Shown: positions 29,734-39,674, counted from the first letter of the stretch. The stretch is 64,000 bases of DNA from Desulfatiglandales bacterium (GCA_963662465.1 OY759599.1:7168001-7232000), one strand, 5' to 3'. Notes: generated by a model from the sequence alone, not told the origin. A program made the numbers and translations.

Positions 29734-31670
29734 TATTCATCCAATCCAATAAAGAGGGGTTCTTGAACGGAAATTTCGGTGGATTCGAGCGGCAATTCAA
29801 TGGTGAAAGTGGTCCCGCCTTCCGGAGGGCATTCAAATCGAATGTTGCCGCCATGCAGGTTAATAATGTTCCGTGAAATACTAAGACCCAAACCGGTGCC
29901 TTTACCCACGGGTTTGGACGTGTAAAAAATATCAAATATTTTGTCCCGCATTTCCACGGGTATGCCGGGACCTTCGTCGGAAACCTGGACAACGAATTTT
30001 GATTCGTCAGCTTGGTATCCGGCCTTGATATGCAGCTTTCCAACCCCTTCCATGGCATCTGAAGCATTGGTGAAAAGGTTGGTAAAGACCTGCTGCAACT
30101 GTCCCATATCTCCCAGCATGGTGGGCATGTTCCGTTCGATCTCCTTGTGAACGCGAATATCCTGAAAAGCGGCCTGTTTGATGAGCAGGTTTAAACAGGT
30201 GTCGATAAGCTTTTCCAGTTCGAAGGCGGATTGTTTGCCGGTGGATTGCCGGCTGAACTCCAGTAATTCGGAAACGATTTTTTTGCATCTGAGGGTTTGC
30301 TTGATTATTTCGTTAATGTCTTCAAGGTGTTGCGGATTGTCCGCGAAGCTTTCTTTGAGGAGTTCCGCATAGATCAGCACGCCGGCCAGGGGATTATTGA
30401 TTTCGTGCGCAACGCCGGCCGCCATCCGTCCCACTGAAGCGATCTTGTCCGACTGCACCAGTTGAAGATGGGCATCTTCCAATTCCCGGCGCATCTGGAG
30501 AATCTCTCGCATATCGGTGAATGCGCCGACGCTTCCTATTTCCTTGCCTTCGCTTCTGATGATGGATGCGGACAGGGTGACCGGAATTTCTTCCCCTGAT
30601 TTATGGATGATGTTCATACTGGTAGGATTCAGTTTGCCTACGGGACCGTGTTCGTTGCTGCGCATCTTCTGCATGTTTTCCTTGGCGATGTCAATGTCGT
30701 AAAAACGGCTGAGATGACCGTACTTCATGATTTCCTCGGCGGAATATCCGGTTAGCCGCTCCATTCCGCCATTGAAAATCAAGACATGGCCTTTGGTGTC
30801 CACCACAACGATGCCGTCCACCGAACTTTGAATGACGTTTTGGAAGAAGGCATTGGATTTCTGGGCCTCCCGCTGCAGCTTGATCCTTTCCGTGATATCC
30901 CTGGCCGCTTCGATAACCTGCACGATTCGTCCCTGGTCGTCGAAGATGGGGGAGACCGTGACCACGTCGAAATGCGATTCCCCGTCGTCGCATTTCTTTT
31001 CAAGGATGGTGCTTATGGTTTTACCATGCTTTTTGACTTCGTTGAGATAACAGCGTTTTCCCATCTCATAGCAGGGCCAATGGTGGTGGTAGCGTACTTT
31101 GTAGCAGTGTCTTTGGAGCGCTTCCTCGTAGGTGATGTTGTTTTTTTTGAGAAATGTCTTGTTGACCATGCTGATGGTCATGTCCTCATTGACCACCATG
31201 AGCCGGTAAGGAAGAGAATCGAGAATCGTCTGGGTATGCTGTCTTGCTTTTTCTTCATCCCGCAAATGGGCTTCGGCAATCCATAGCATTCGGGTGGTTT
31301 TGTGATCCAGGAGGGCAGCGCCTCTGGGTTTGGTCCGCAGCAATTCTTTTACTATGTTCTCGGACCCGGTCAGTTCAATGATGAGGTTCAGACCATTGAT
31401 GGTATAGAGGTCATGGTAGTCGGAGGTGGTAAAAATGCCCATTTCCGCGGCATAGATAAATCCTTTGGCATGGGGGTCCGGGCTCGAAACACCCATGACT
31501 TTCATGTTCATCTGATCCAGTTGTCCTTCCCGATATTGTTTCAGGATTTCATAGCAGGAGATTCCGCCACCGACAATGGCTGTGATGAGAGCAGGGGCAT
31601 CGTGCTGGTCAGTTTCGAAATCCGGCACGACTGCCGTCGGTTTGGGAAGATCAGGGGATTTGGATTTCAT
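29733..31670 (-). CDS. Cytoplasmic histidine kinase with N-terminal Rossmann-like domain and two PAS domains
   Basis: AIVGGG N-terminus; two PAS domains; AHEINNPL; NLFTNA, DEGPGI, GTGLGL. Confidence 0.93.
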   Translation of the reverse strand: MKSKSPDLPKPTAVVPDFETDQHDAPALITAIVGGGISCYEILKQYREGQLDQMNMKVMGVSSPDPHAKGFIYAAEMGIFTTSDYHDLYTINGLNLIIELTGSENIVKELLRTKPRGAALLDHKTTRMLWIAEAHLRDEEKARQHTQTILDSLPYRLMVVNEDMTISMVNKTFLKKNNITYEEALQRHCYKVRYHHHWPCYEMGKRCYLNEVKKHGKTISTILEKKCDDGESHFDVVTVSPIFDDQGRIVQVIEAARDITERIKLQREAQKSNAFFQNVIQSSVDGIVVVDTKGHVLIFNGGMERLTGYSAEEIMKYGHLSRFYDIDIAKENMQKMRSNEHGPVGKLNPTSMNIIHKSGEEIPVTLSASIIRSEGKEIGSVGAFTDMREILQMRRELEDAHLQLVQSDKIASVGRMAAGVAHEINNPLAGVLIYAELLKESFADNPQHLEDINEIIKQTLRCKKIVSELLEFSRQSTGKQSAFELEKLIDTCLNLLIKQAAFQDIRVHKEIERNMPTMLGDMGQLQQVFTNLFTNASDAMEGVGKLHIKAGYQADESKFVVQVSDEGPGIPVEMRDKIFDIFYTSKPVGKGTGLGLSISRNIINLHGGNIRFECPPEGGTTFTIELPLESTEISVQEPLFIGLDE

Positions 31671-31737
31671 GGGGCCTCGATGAGCAAGGTCTGCTGTTTT
31701 ACGGGTGGTGAGTACGAATAATGATTCGCCCCTACCG

Positions 31738-31989
31738 CTATGTTTTTTGCAATCGGGTGGCTACTTTTTTTTCCATATCCTTGCAAATGGCTTTCAGGGC
31801 CGGCCCCGGAGCGACGGGGCCTGAACCGTTCCAGCCATCGTTCAGGGCTTTTTTTTTCTTTTCTCGAAACTGCAAAACGGATTCAGACATGGTTTCCCAC
31901 GCAAAAAGCTTCTGCAGAATATGCCTTTCGGGTCCTGTCAGATCCCGGTCGGTATCAAAATGCTTGCCGTTTTTTGTTTTGATGATCAC
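31738..31989 (-). CDS. Hypothetical protein (83 aa)
   Basis: Clean ORF, GTG start, co-oriented with the kinase genes. Confidence 0.6.
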   Translation of the reverse strand: MIIKTKNGKHFDTDRDLTGPERHILQKLFAWETMSESVLQFREKKKKALNDGWNGSGPVAPGPALKAICKDMEKKVATRLQKT

Positions 31990-32120
31990 GGATGCCCTTT
32001 TTTCGTGGAGAGTTTAGTCTTTCGGCATTATAGGCGATAATGAATGGAATTCAAGAAAAAAACCAAGTAACGGTTTGCGGTTGAAAACCGGTCACCGGAT
32101 TTGGATCTTGGCCAATTTTT

Positions 32121-32186
32121 TCCTAATATCGTTTACATTTTGGTTGACCATTTACAGTCGCTCAGTTCAATTTGTAGGGGTTAGGC
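32121..32186 (-). other. Degenerate attC-like site
   Basis: Minus strand GCCTAAC...ATTAGGA, 66 bp, just after the stop of 32200..32604. Confidence 0.35.
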
Positions 32187-32199
32187 TGTTTGTGAAAAC

Positions 32200-32604
32200 T
32201 TATAACGACTTCTGCATGATTTCAAATTCGAGTTTTGAACGATAAAAGCAGACATCGAATTCCATGAAAAAATTCGTTTGACCGAGGATTAATGGCGCGT
32301 CGGTCTTTACCCATGCAAAAACTAGACGCACGGGTCTGAAATCTCCTATTTTTGCTGTTGTCGCCAGCGGGATTGCCGGAGAATTGCCCAGATTGCCTGC
32401 CAGCCGAATATGCGGTCTGTTGTTATCCCATATTTCCCCAAGACGAATGCCAAATTCGTATGGCAGGACATTCACCGTCGCACCGCTGTCAACCAGGCCG
32501 GTAACTTCGACTTCCCGGTTGCTGAGGCTGAGAAGAAATGTGAGACGGGGCAGACTGTCAAATTCGTTTTGTGACGGATCGCTTACAGAGTAACTGAATT
32601 TCAT
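32200..32604 (-). CDS. Retropepsin-like aspartyl protease domain protein
   Basis: LVDSGATVNVLP and ILGQTNFF motifs. Confidence 0.75.
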   Translation of the reverse strand: MKFSYSVSDPSQNEFDSLPRLTFLLSLSNREVEVTGLVDSGATVNVLPYEFGIRLGEIWDNNRPHIRLAGNLGNSPAIPLATTAKIGDFRPVRLVFAWVKTDAPLILGQTNFFMEFDVCFYRSKLEFEIMQKSL

Positions 32605-32609
32605 GATGT

Positions 32610-32861
32610 TTATTTGTCCGTGTCCGATGTTTTCAGGGCTTTCATAAGTATCTCCCCTGCTCCGAATGTGTTGTACGGAGTCGACAGACAGTATGTTCTG
32701 CCCTGTTCAAACGGGAAAATATGTTCATTGCTCTCAAGTTCCTCAGCCAGAATCCGAATCAGTCTGAGTTTGTCAGATGAAGGCAATTGTCTGATGACAG
32801 GAAGAATCCCGTTGAGCGTTATGATTTCCTGCTTATTATCTGATAACAATGCTGTTTCCAT
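32610..32861 (-). CDS. Hypothetical protein, upstream partner of the aspartyl-protease-like gene
   Basis: LPVIRQLPSSDKLRLIRILAEEL antitoxin-like helical pattern; RBS GAAGG. Confidence 0.65.
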   Translation of the reverse strand: METALLSDNKQEIITLNGILPVIRQLPSSDKLRLIRILAEELESNEHIFPFEQGRTYCLSTPYNTFGAGEILMKALKTSDTDK

Positions 32862-32883
32862 TACAATACCTTCTATTTTTAGT

Positions 32884-32942
32884 AGTAAACGATAATCATC
32901 AGCGGCTCGCTTTTGGCACGTCGTTGAATGAGTTTGCTAGGC
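32884..32942 (-). other. Degenerate attC-like site
   Basis: Minus strand GCCTAGC-AAACTCATTCAAC...GCTGATGATTATC-GTTTACT, 59 bp. Confidence 0.35.
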
Positions 32943-33124
32943 ATTTTCAGTAATACGGGCGATTATTTCTTCTTGAGCCGCCGGATGAAATTCTTCGTAA
33001 ACTGTATTGGACCAAACATTATATTGTATGAAATAGGAATTTAGGAAACATAATGTTATCGGATTTTACAGAAGGATGCCAAGGAAATTCTTGGCATCTT
33101 TCAAAAACATGAATGGAATCCAAG

Positions 33125-33164
33125 AAAAAACCCGAAAGAAGTCGTTTGTGACTTCTTCCGGGTT
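33125..33164 (-). terminator. Rho-independent terminator after metF copy 2
   Basis: CCCGGAAGAAGTC-loop-GACTTCTTTCGGG followed by TTTTTT on the minus strand. Confidence 0.8.
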
Positions 33165-33194
33165 CATGATCTAAGCTTAAAATAGAAATTTGAT

Positions 33195-34127
33195 TTATAC
33201 GACGGGTCTGGGCATCATGCCTGCTCGTTCCGAAATCTCGGGTACTTTGTGTTCCCACTCAATGGCCATGAGGTGTACGCCTGCCACCCCTTCCATCTCT
33301 TTAAATTCTTCGATCTGTTCCAGTGCGAATTTGATGCCTTCTTCGGCCACCTTTCCCTTGCCCGCTCCCCGCAATCGTTTGACCAGGGATTGGGGTACAT
33401 CCATGCCGGGCACCTGTTTTGACATATAGAGCGCCATACCGACGCTCTTCATGGGGGTGACGCCTGCCAGGATGTAGCATTTCTCATGCAGGCCCATGTC
33501 CACGGCCCGTTTCATGAACTCCCTGAATTTATCCATGTTGTAGATGCACTGAGTCTGAACAAAATCCGCTCCCGCGGAGATTTTTTTGGCCAGGCGGTAC
33601 ACGCGAAAATCAAAGGGTTCCGCAAAAGGGTTGCTGGCGGCGCCGATGAACAGCTTGGGTGGTACGTCCACATCGGAACCGTTTAAGAATTTTCCCTCAT
33701 CCCGCATGGTTTTGACCGTATGAATCAGTTGCATGGAGTCAATGTCAAAAACATTTTTACTTTCCGGATGATTGCCGAATGACTGGTGGTCCCCTGAAAG
33801 GCAGAGCATGTTGCGAATGCCCATGGCATAAACGCCCAGGATGTCGCTCTGTATGGCCAGACGGTTTCGGTCCCGGCACACCATCTGAAAATTGGGCTCC
33901 AGGCCCTGTTGCATCAGAATAAGAGACGCTGCCCAGCTGGACATGCGCACCACGGCGGTCTGGTTGTCCGTAACATTAACGGCGTCCACACATCCTTTCA
34001 AATGATTCGCCTTTTCAATCAGGTGCGCCACGTTTGCACCCTGCGGAGGCCCGCACTCACCGGTAAAAGCGAAATGACCCGCGCTCAAAACTTTCTCCAA
34101 ATTACTTCCTGCTTTGTGCTCGCTCAT
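33195..34127 (-). CDS. metF: 5,10-methylenetetrahydrofolate reductase (copy 2)
   Basis: GECGPP, NVTDNQ, RDRNRLAIQ, CLSGDH, VQTQ, HLMAIEWE. Confidence 0.92.
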   Translation of the reverse strand: MSEHKAGSNLEKVLSAGHFAFTGECGPPQGANVAHLIEKANHLKGCVDAVNVTDNQTAVVRMSSWAASLILMQQGLEPNFQMVCRDRNRLAIQSDILGVYAMGIRNMLCLSGDHQSFGNHPESKNVFDIDSMQLIHTVKTMRDEGKFLNGSDVDVPPKLFIGAASNPFAEPFDFRVYRLAKKISAGADFVQTQCIYNMDKFREFMKRAVDMGLHEKCYILAGVTPMKSVGMALYMSKQVPGMDVPQSLVKRLRGAGKGKVAEEGIKFALEQIEEFKEMEGVAGVHLMAIEWEHKVPEISERAGMMPRPVV

Positions 34128-34792
34128 TTTACCAGTTCCTCCCTGATCATTTTCCGCGGTCCGCCATCGCGCGCGGTAGTCCAGTTTTTGGGCGGCCTGA
34201 ATAGCATGAGTTCATCCAGACGACCCTGTTCCATCATTTTGGTCACAATTAAATCCCAAACACAGTCCACATCTTTGCTGATTTCACATTTTCCCTTGGA
34301 AGATCCCCCACAAGGCCCGTTCAGCAGGCTTTTTGAACATCGGGCAATGGGGCAGAGTCCGCCGAAAAGGTGTACGATGCAAGTACCGCAGCCGGCACAT
34401 CGCTCAGACCACACACCATGTTCCACGGCACCCCCCATGAATTTTGTATTGACGCCTGGGAAAACCTTTTTATCAGGGTATTTCTCAGAAAGAAACTGTG
34501 GCCCGACACCACATGCGATGCTGATTACCGCATCGTAATCACGGATGACGTCTTTCAGTTCATCAATATATTCCGGGTCGCACTGTCTCTCCAGTGTATG
34601 TTCGCCCACGACCACATCCAGGCCGTCTTTTTTTCTGGAGATTCGGATGGCGGAAGCCAGAATTGCCACTTCCTTGGCGCCCCCCACATTACACACCGTT
34701 ACGCAACCTTTACATCCAACCACAAGGATTTTATTAAAATCCTTGACCATTTCAAGTATTTCCTTGATCGGTTTTGATTCTGCAACAATCAT
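34124..34792 (-). CDS. metV: MTHFR small Cys-rich subunit (copy 2)
   Basis: GCKGCVTVC, ERQCD, ACGVG, ERCAGCGTC...NGPCGG. Confidence 0.88.
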   Translation of the reverse strand: MIVAESKPIKEILEMVKDFNKILVVGCKGCVTVCNVGGAKEVAILASAIRISRKKDGLDVVVGEHTLERQCDPEYIDELKDVIRDYDAVISIACGVGPQFLSEKYPDKKVFPGVNTKFMGGAVEHGVWSERCAGCGTCIVHLFGGLCPIARCSKSLLNGPCGGSSKGKCEISKDVDCVWDLIVTKMMEQGRLDELMLFRPPKNWTTARDGGPRKMIREELVK

Positions 34793-34820
34793 TGTTATCC
34801 CTCGCAGCGTCTTATAAGTT

Positions 34821-35225
34821 CTATGCCGGCAGGACTGGGCCTAATGCCTTGACGGTGTTGACCATTTGGTCTGCCACTTCCACGATGTCGCCTTTTCCGG
34901 CACTCAGATGAAACACGGCAATCCTTTCCGGTTCTATGCTGATCCCTTCCAGAATCTTCTTGACTTGTTCAACCCGTTTAGCGGCCTTGGCAATCCCGCT
35001 GATATATTGGCAGCTGTCCTCCTGGCATCCCGCCACGTAAACGCCGTCCGCCCCTTCTTCAAAAGGTTTCAGAAGGTGCAGGGTTTCAATTCTTCCCGTA
35101 CAGGGAACCTGAATAATTTTAATATTGTCCGGCAACGCCTTTTTCATGCCATGGGCCACCTTGGCAGCGGATGATGCGCAATTTGAACAGCAAAAGGCGA
35201 CAATTTGAGGTTTGAAGTCATCCAT
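34821..35225 (-). CDS. mvhD: MvhD/FlpD [2Fe-2S] subunit, Cys-type
   Basis: IVAFCCSNC, PCTGR, GADGV, GCQEDSC; RBS AAGGAG. Confidence 0.9.
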   Translation of the reverse strand: MDDFKPQIVAFCCSNCASSAAKVAHGMKKALPDNIKIIQVPCTGRIETLHLLKPFEEGADGVYVAGCQEDSCQYISGIAKAAKRVEQVKKILEGISIEPERIAVFHLSAGKGDIVEVADQMVNTVKALGPVLPA

Positions 35226-35309
35226 ATAACCATCTCCTTGAATGATTGACAGTTGTACTGTTTTTTACTGACGGCTGCATGATGCGCCTGGCAGCCGTCA
35301 ACAAATGAT

Positions 35310-38048
35310 CTATCGTGCGGCCAGAAGCACCGTGGGTGTTTCGGTCAGCATCTGATCGCTGCAGCTGGACATGAAAATAGCTTTCCCCGGACACTCGGCG
35401 ACGCACATGCCGCAACCCCGACAGAGGGCAGGATCAATGTAGGCCGCGCCGATTTCGCGGTTAATGACCGGAACATGAAAGGGGCATGTCCTGACGCAGG
35501 TACAGCAGACGGCGCATTTTTCAACGTTGACCGCCGCCACCATGCCGCCCACTTGAACCGTATCTTGACAAAGCAACTCCAGGGCACGGGCCGAAGCGGC
35601 CTTGCCTTGAGCAATGCTTTCCGTCACGTCTTTGGGATAGGCCGCCATTCCGGCAATGAAAATCCCCGTCTTTGTGGCGTCCATGGGCCGCAGCTTTTCG
35701 GGTGATTCAGCAAAAAAGCCGTTTTCATCCAGGTCAACGCCGAAAATATCGGCCAGTTCCGCGTTGCTTGTTCCCACGATAGCTGTTTGCAGTGAAACAA
35801 AATCGGCCTCCAGCAGAATTGAATTTTGAAGGACCTGATCATATACCACTACCTTCAGCTTATCGCCCGCCGCCTGAACGTCAGGTTTGTTATCGAGTTC
35901 GTAACGGATAAAAAGTACATCCTTTTCACGGGCTTCCCGGTAGATGAGTTCACGTTCGCCAAAGGTTCGCATATCTCGGTACAGGATATAAACGTTCATG
36001 TCCGGATTCTTGGTTTTTAAGTCGATGGCTGCCCGAACCGAAAAAGAACAGCAGATATTGCTGCAATGGGCGCAGTCCCCATCTCCCCGGGAGCCGACAC
36101 ACTGAATGAACACCGCTGTATTGGCGTTTTCAACGGAAGCGGGATCGGTTATCAATTTCTGATCCAGTTCCGACCAGAGAAGAACCTGCTTGTGTTCTCC
36201 ATAAAGATATTGCGCGGGTTTGGCGGCGGTTCCGCCGGGGGTCAGAATAGCGGCGCCGTATGAAACTTCCTGCTCGGCGCCCTTCTGATCCACCGTTGCG
36301 ACAAAATTTCCGCCGAATCCCCGGTTGCTTTTGACGGTGGCTTCGGTTAGCACCGTGATGTTTTTGTCCCCATTGACTGTGCTGACAAGGCCTTTCAGAT
36401 ATCCCTGAACGTCATGGTTTTGCCAGGTTTTTTTGACGTGCCTGCCGTTGCCGCCCAATTCCCGTTCTTTTTCCACAACCGTGACGGGGTATCCTTCACG
36501 GGACAGCGCCAGAGCGCTTTCAAGACCGGAAATGCCGCCGCCCACCACCAGGGCGCTTTTGACGACCGGTACATCCTGTAAGGCGGGCGCCGAGAGAAAA
36601 CCGGCACGTGCAACGCCCATGCGAACCCTGTCCTGAATCTGAGAGGTCGGGGCGTTTTCATCCATGGCGCGAAGATCCACCATTTCATAAAGATAGGGGT
36701 TTAATCCCGCCAGCTTCAACGCTTCCCGGAGCAGGTTTTCGTGAATGATCGGCGTACAGGAGGCGAAGACCAGTCGATTGGCGCCGGTTTCCTTGATTTT
36801 GGCGCTGAGGGTCATCAGGATATCGCCGTCCACGTGAAATGTGGTTGCGACGCCCGGCGTTTTTGACGCATACGCTTCGATTTCCTCGCCAATGCCCGAC
36901 GCCATGCCGGGGCACAGTTGATAGGCAAACAGAATGTTAGGCGCCTGTCCGTCATCGGCAATGGGTTCCGGGTATTTTCTGGTCTCTGCGAAAGGTGCGG
37001 GGCTCACAACACAAGCCACTTCCGATACGGAAGCCGAGGCTTGAATAACGGACTGGCCGATATCGTTGGGTCCGGTTGCCCCACCGCAAACGAAGATGCC
37101 GGGGACGTTGGTTGAAATGGGCTTGAAGGGCTCTGTCCCGACGAACTGATCCGGGGTCAGATTGAGTTTCATCATTTTGGCCAGGCTTTCGGTTTGACTG
37201 CTGGGTTTGAGACCCACCGAGAGGACCACCATATTAAAGGTTTCGCTATGGCCTTCGCCCTTTTCGTCCGCGAAGTTGATGATGAGATTGTCGCCCTCCG
37301 GATCCATGTCCACGGTATGGACCCGACTTCGAATGAGACGAACATCTCTTTGGACGGCATTGTTCAAGTAGTCTTCAAACCCTTTGCCGTGGGTTCGCAT
37401 ATCCATATAAAAGATGGTTGTTTCAATGTCTTCGTCAAATTCCTTGGTGTTTACCGCTTCCTTAAGTGCGTACATACAGCAGACGGAAGAGCAGTAGGGG
37501 GCGTCGCATTGGTTGATGTCCCTTGAACCCACACACTGAAGCCAGGCGATTTTCTCCGGTTTTTTGCCGTCGGAGGGCCTTTTTAAAATGCCGCCGTTGG
37601 GACCAAGGGGTTTTTGAAGCTGTTCGTATTCGACGCTGGTTACCACGTTCGGATTTAAACCGTAGGGATAGGTTACTTGCCCCGTGGGGTCAAATGCTTC
37701 GATGCCGGTCGCCAGGATAATGGCGCCCACGTCCAACTGCTTTTTTTTGCCCCCCGTTTCCAGGGTCGTTTTGAAATTCCCAAGCTTTCCGGATAACTCA
37801 ACAAGTTGGGTATCCATCATGATATCAATGTTGGGATCTTGACTACAGGCGGCAATCCGGGGATCCAGTTTGCAGCACGTACAAAGGGGATAGATTCGAT
37901 GAAGATTGGGCAGCATACCGCCCAATGATGCCGCACGCTCCACCAGGTGAACACCATAGCCTGCGCCGGAAAGGGAAAGGGCCGCCTGGATTCCGGCAAT
38001 GCCCCCACCAATGATCATCACAGGGCCTCTCGGTTTTTTTTCACTCAT
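35310..38048 (-). CDS. hdrA: HdrA-like protein (two flavin modules, C-terminal ferredoxin, no GltD insert, no Sec)
   Basis: GGGIAG, QCVGSR...CSSVCC, GGGISG, QCVGSR...CSNICC, CAVCCTCVRTCP, CRGCGMCVAECP. Confidence 0.88.
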   Translation of the reverse strand: MSEKKPRGPVMIIGGGIAGIQAALSLSGAGYGVHLVERAASLGGMLPNLHRIYPLCTCCKLDPRIAACSQDPNIDIMMDTQLVELSGKLGNFKTTLETGGKKKQLDVGAIILATGIEAFDPTGQVTYPYGLNPNVVTSVEYEQLQKPLGPNGGILKRPSDGKKPEKIAWLQCVGSRDINQCDAPYCSSVCCMYALKEAVNTKEFDEDIETTIFYMDMRTHGKGFEDYLNNAVQRDVRLIRSRVHTVDMDPEGDNLIINFADEKGEGHSETFNMVVLSVGLKPSSQTESLAKMMKLNLTPDQFVGTEPFKPISTNVPGIFVCGGATGPNDIGQSVIQASASVSEVACVVSPAPFAETRKYPEPIADDGQAPNILFAYQLCPGMASGIGEEIEAYASKTPGVATTFHVDGDILMTLSAKIKETGANRLVFASCTPIIHENLLREALKLAGLNPYLYEMVDLRAMDENAPTSQIQDRVRMGVARAGFLSAPALQDVPVVKSALVVGGGISGLESALALSREGYPVTVVEKERELGGNGRHVKKTWQNHDVQGYLKGLVSTVNGDKNITVLTEATVKSNRGFGGNFVATVDQKGAEQEVSYGAAILTPGGTAAKPAQYLYGEHKQVLLWSELDQKLITDPASVENANTAVFIQCVGSRGDGDCAHCSNICCSFSVRAAIDLKTKNPDMNVYILYRDMRTFGERELIYREAREKDVLFIRYELDNKPDVQAAGDKLKVVVYDQVLQNSILLEADFVSLQTAIVGTSNAELADIFGVDLDENGFFAESPEKLRPMDATKTGIFIAGMAAYPKDVTESIAQGKAASARALELLCQDTVQVGGMVAAVNVEKCAVCCTCVRTCPFHVPVINREIGAAYIDPALCRGCGMCVAECPGKAIFMSSCSDQMLTETPTVLLAAR

Positions 38049-38217
38049 AACAATTGTCTCCTGCCTTTTGAGCTTATGGTTTCCAGAAAAATAATCGACG
38101 GAGCACCAGGAAAAAAATCATGCACCGACCGTTTATCCGTTATTCCTTTCGATTCTATGAAGTATTTTGTGAAATTTATTACTTGCCATATCAGGCGCTC
38201 GGCTGTCAAGAAAAATG

Positions 38218-39234
38218 TCAGAAATCCAAAGTCTGGTGGGGGGATGCGTATTCGTCCTGGAAATCCAGGGAACAGCAGGTGCGCTGAACTCGGATGGTTA
38301 GTCCGAGCCGGCGGGCCTCGTGAACGGCCTGCTCCGACCATACGGCCATTCGGTTCACGCCGGCTTGGATGGCAAGCCGTTCCATCTCCCACCCGATTCT
38401 GTTTCTGGGCCTTTCGCATCCCAGGGATATGGGGATACGCGGCATCAACAGCCTGGCTTGCGCAATCAGGCGAGCAATTTCCACGGGGGATGGGATGGGG
38501 GCATCGGCCATGGGCGTTCCTTTGAGGGGTGTCAACACCACAATGACCAATACATGGGGTGTGTAGGAACGGATGATTTCAAGCGCTTTTTGTTCGGCTT
38601 TTATCCTCCCATGGAAAAGTCCCGCGACAATATGGGGGGCCAGTTGGAGCCCGCTTTCCTTGATGCCCGAAAGGGCCTTCAAAACCGGTTCCAGTCCCTT
38701 CAGGTGATAGATGGAGCGGGCGGTTTCATCATCTCCCATCACGTCAATGAGCCCTTGTTTGATCCCCGCCGCTTTGAGTTGCCGGCACATCCGATCGTCT
38801 GGAAAGCCCGTGTGGGCGGACAGAAACAGATTCGTTTCCGTACTGATCTGCTCAATCACCGGCAAATAGCGTTTCCAGGGGAGTTGTCCGTGAGGATCGG
38901 AGCCCCCGGTCAGAAGCACGCCGTGGGCGCCGTTTTTTGCAAATGCTCTGCATCGCCTGAGCAGGTCCTCCGGACTTTCCGCCTTTAACATAGGCCCAAG
39001 GAGAAGCCCCTTGCAGTGATCACACAGCAGTTGACATTGATTTCCGGTGATGGATACGGCCGGGTAACGGCCTCGCACCTTTCCATAACGGATCATGCCG
39101 GGAAGGTACAGGTCCAGGGTATTCCCATGATATTTGCGGGAAAGGGCGCCGGCTTCGTCGAAAAGCGCCCTGTCGTTGGCGGTTAGGATCGTCCGGGCTT
39201 CCAGGGGGTCGAGATGACGGCTTTTACTTGACAT
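38218..39234 (-). CDS. Radical SAM protein (biotin-synthase-related, uncharacterised)
   Basis: CQLLCDHC motif; LLTGG; SLGCERP; C-terminal TCCS. Confidence 0.85.
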   Translation of the reverse strand: MSSKSRHLDPLEARTILTANDRALFDEAGALSRKYHGNTLDLYLPGMIRYGKVRGRYPAVSITGNQCQLLCDHCKGLLLGPMLKAESPEDLLRRCRAFAKNGAHGVLLTGGSDPHGQLPWKRYLPVIEQISTETNLFLSAHTGFPDDRMCRQLKAAGIKQGLIDVMGDDETARSIYHLKGLEPVLKALSGIKESGLQLAPHIVAGLFHGRIKAEQKALEIIRSYTPHVLVIVVLTPLKGTPMADAPIPSPVEIARLIAQARLLMPRIPISLGCERPRNRIGWEMERLAIQAGVNRMAVWSEQAVHEARRLGLTIRVQRTCCSLDFQDEYASPHQTLDF

Positions 39235-39239
39235 AAATT

Positions 39240-39674
39240 TTAATTTGAGGGAGTTTCAGTTGCAACCTGCCTGATCTGTTTTACAAATAGACGAAAATCG
39301 GGGAGTCCGGCGCGCAGGTTTTCCACGAACAATCCGTTTTCAACGCGCCAGTACTGATGTACAAGCATATTTCGAAATCTTGCGAACGGTAAGAGACGGT
39401 TTAACAAATCTTCTGAGATTATTTCATATTCTCCGGCTTTGACAAAGGCCTCTGTAAAGCCCCGAACAGCCACGTGTTCTTTTTTTGCCAGTAAATGCTG
39501 CAATATATTACCGATAGATTCTGCTATTACGATGGTTGAAAACTTCAGACTTTTGATGATGTGATGATCTTGCACAATTTTATCATCCTGTCTTGCGAGA
39601 ACAGATTGAATGTCTTCCACCTCGGCAAGCATATCCGACAGATATCCGTTGATCCGGCGACTATTGATCAGCAC
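39240..39674 (-). CDS. HepT-like (DUF86) HEPN toxin
   Basis: RNMLVHQY = R-x4-H-x-Y; GTG start with RBS GGAGG, overlapping the upstream gene. Confidence 0.85.
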   Translation of the reverse strand: MLINSRRINGYLSDMLAEVEDIQSVLARQDDKIVQDHHIIKSLKFSTIVIAESIGNILQHLLAKKEHVAVRGFTEAFVKAGEYEIISEDLLNRLLPFARFRNMLVHQYWRVENGLFVENLRAGLPDFRLFVKQIRQVATETPSN

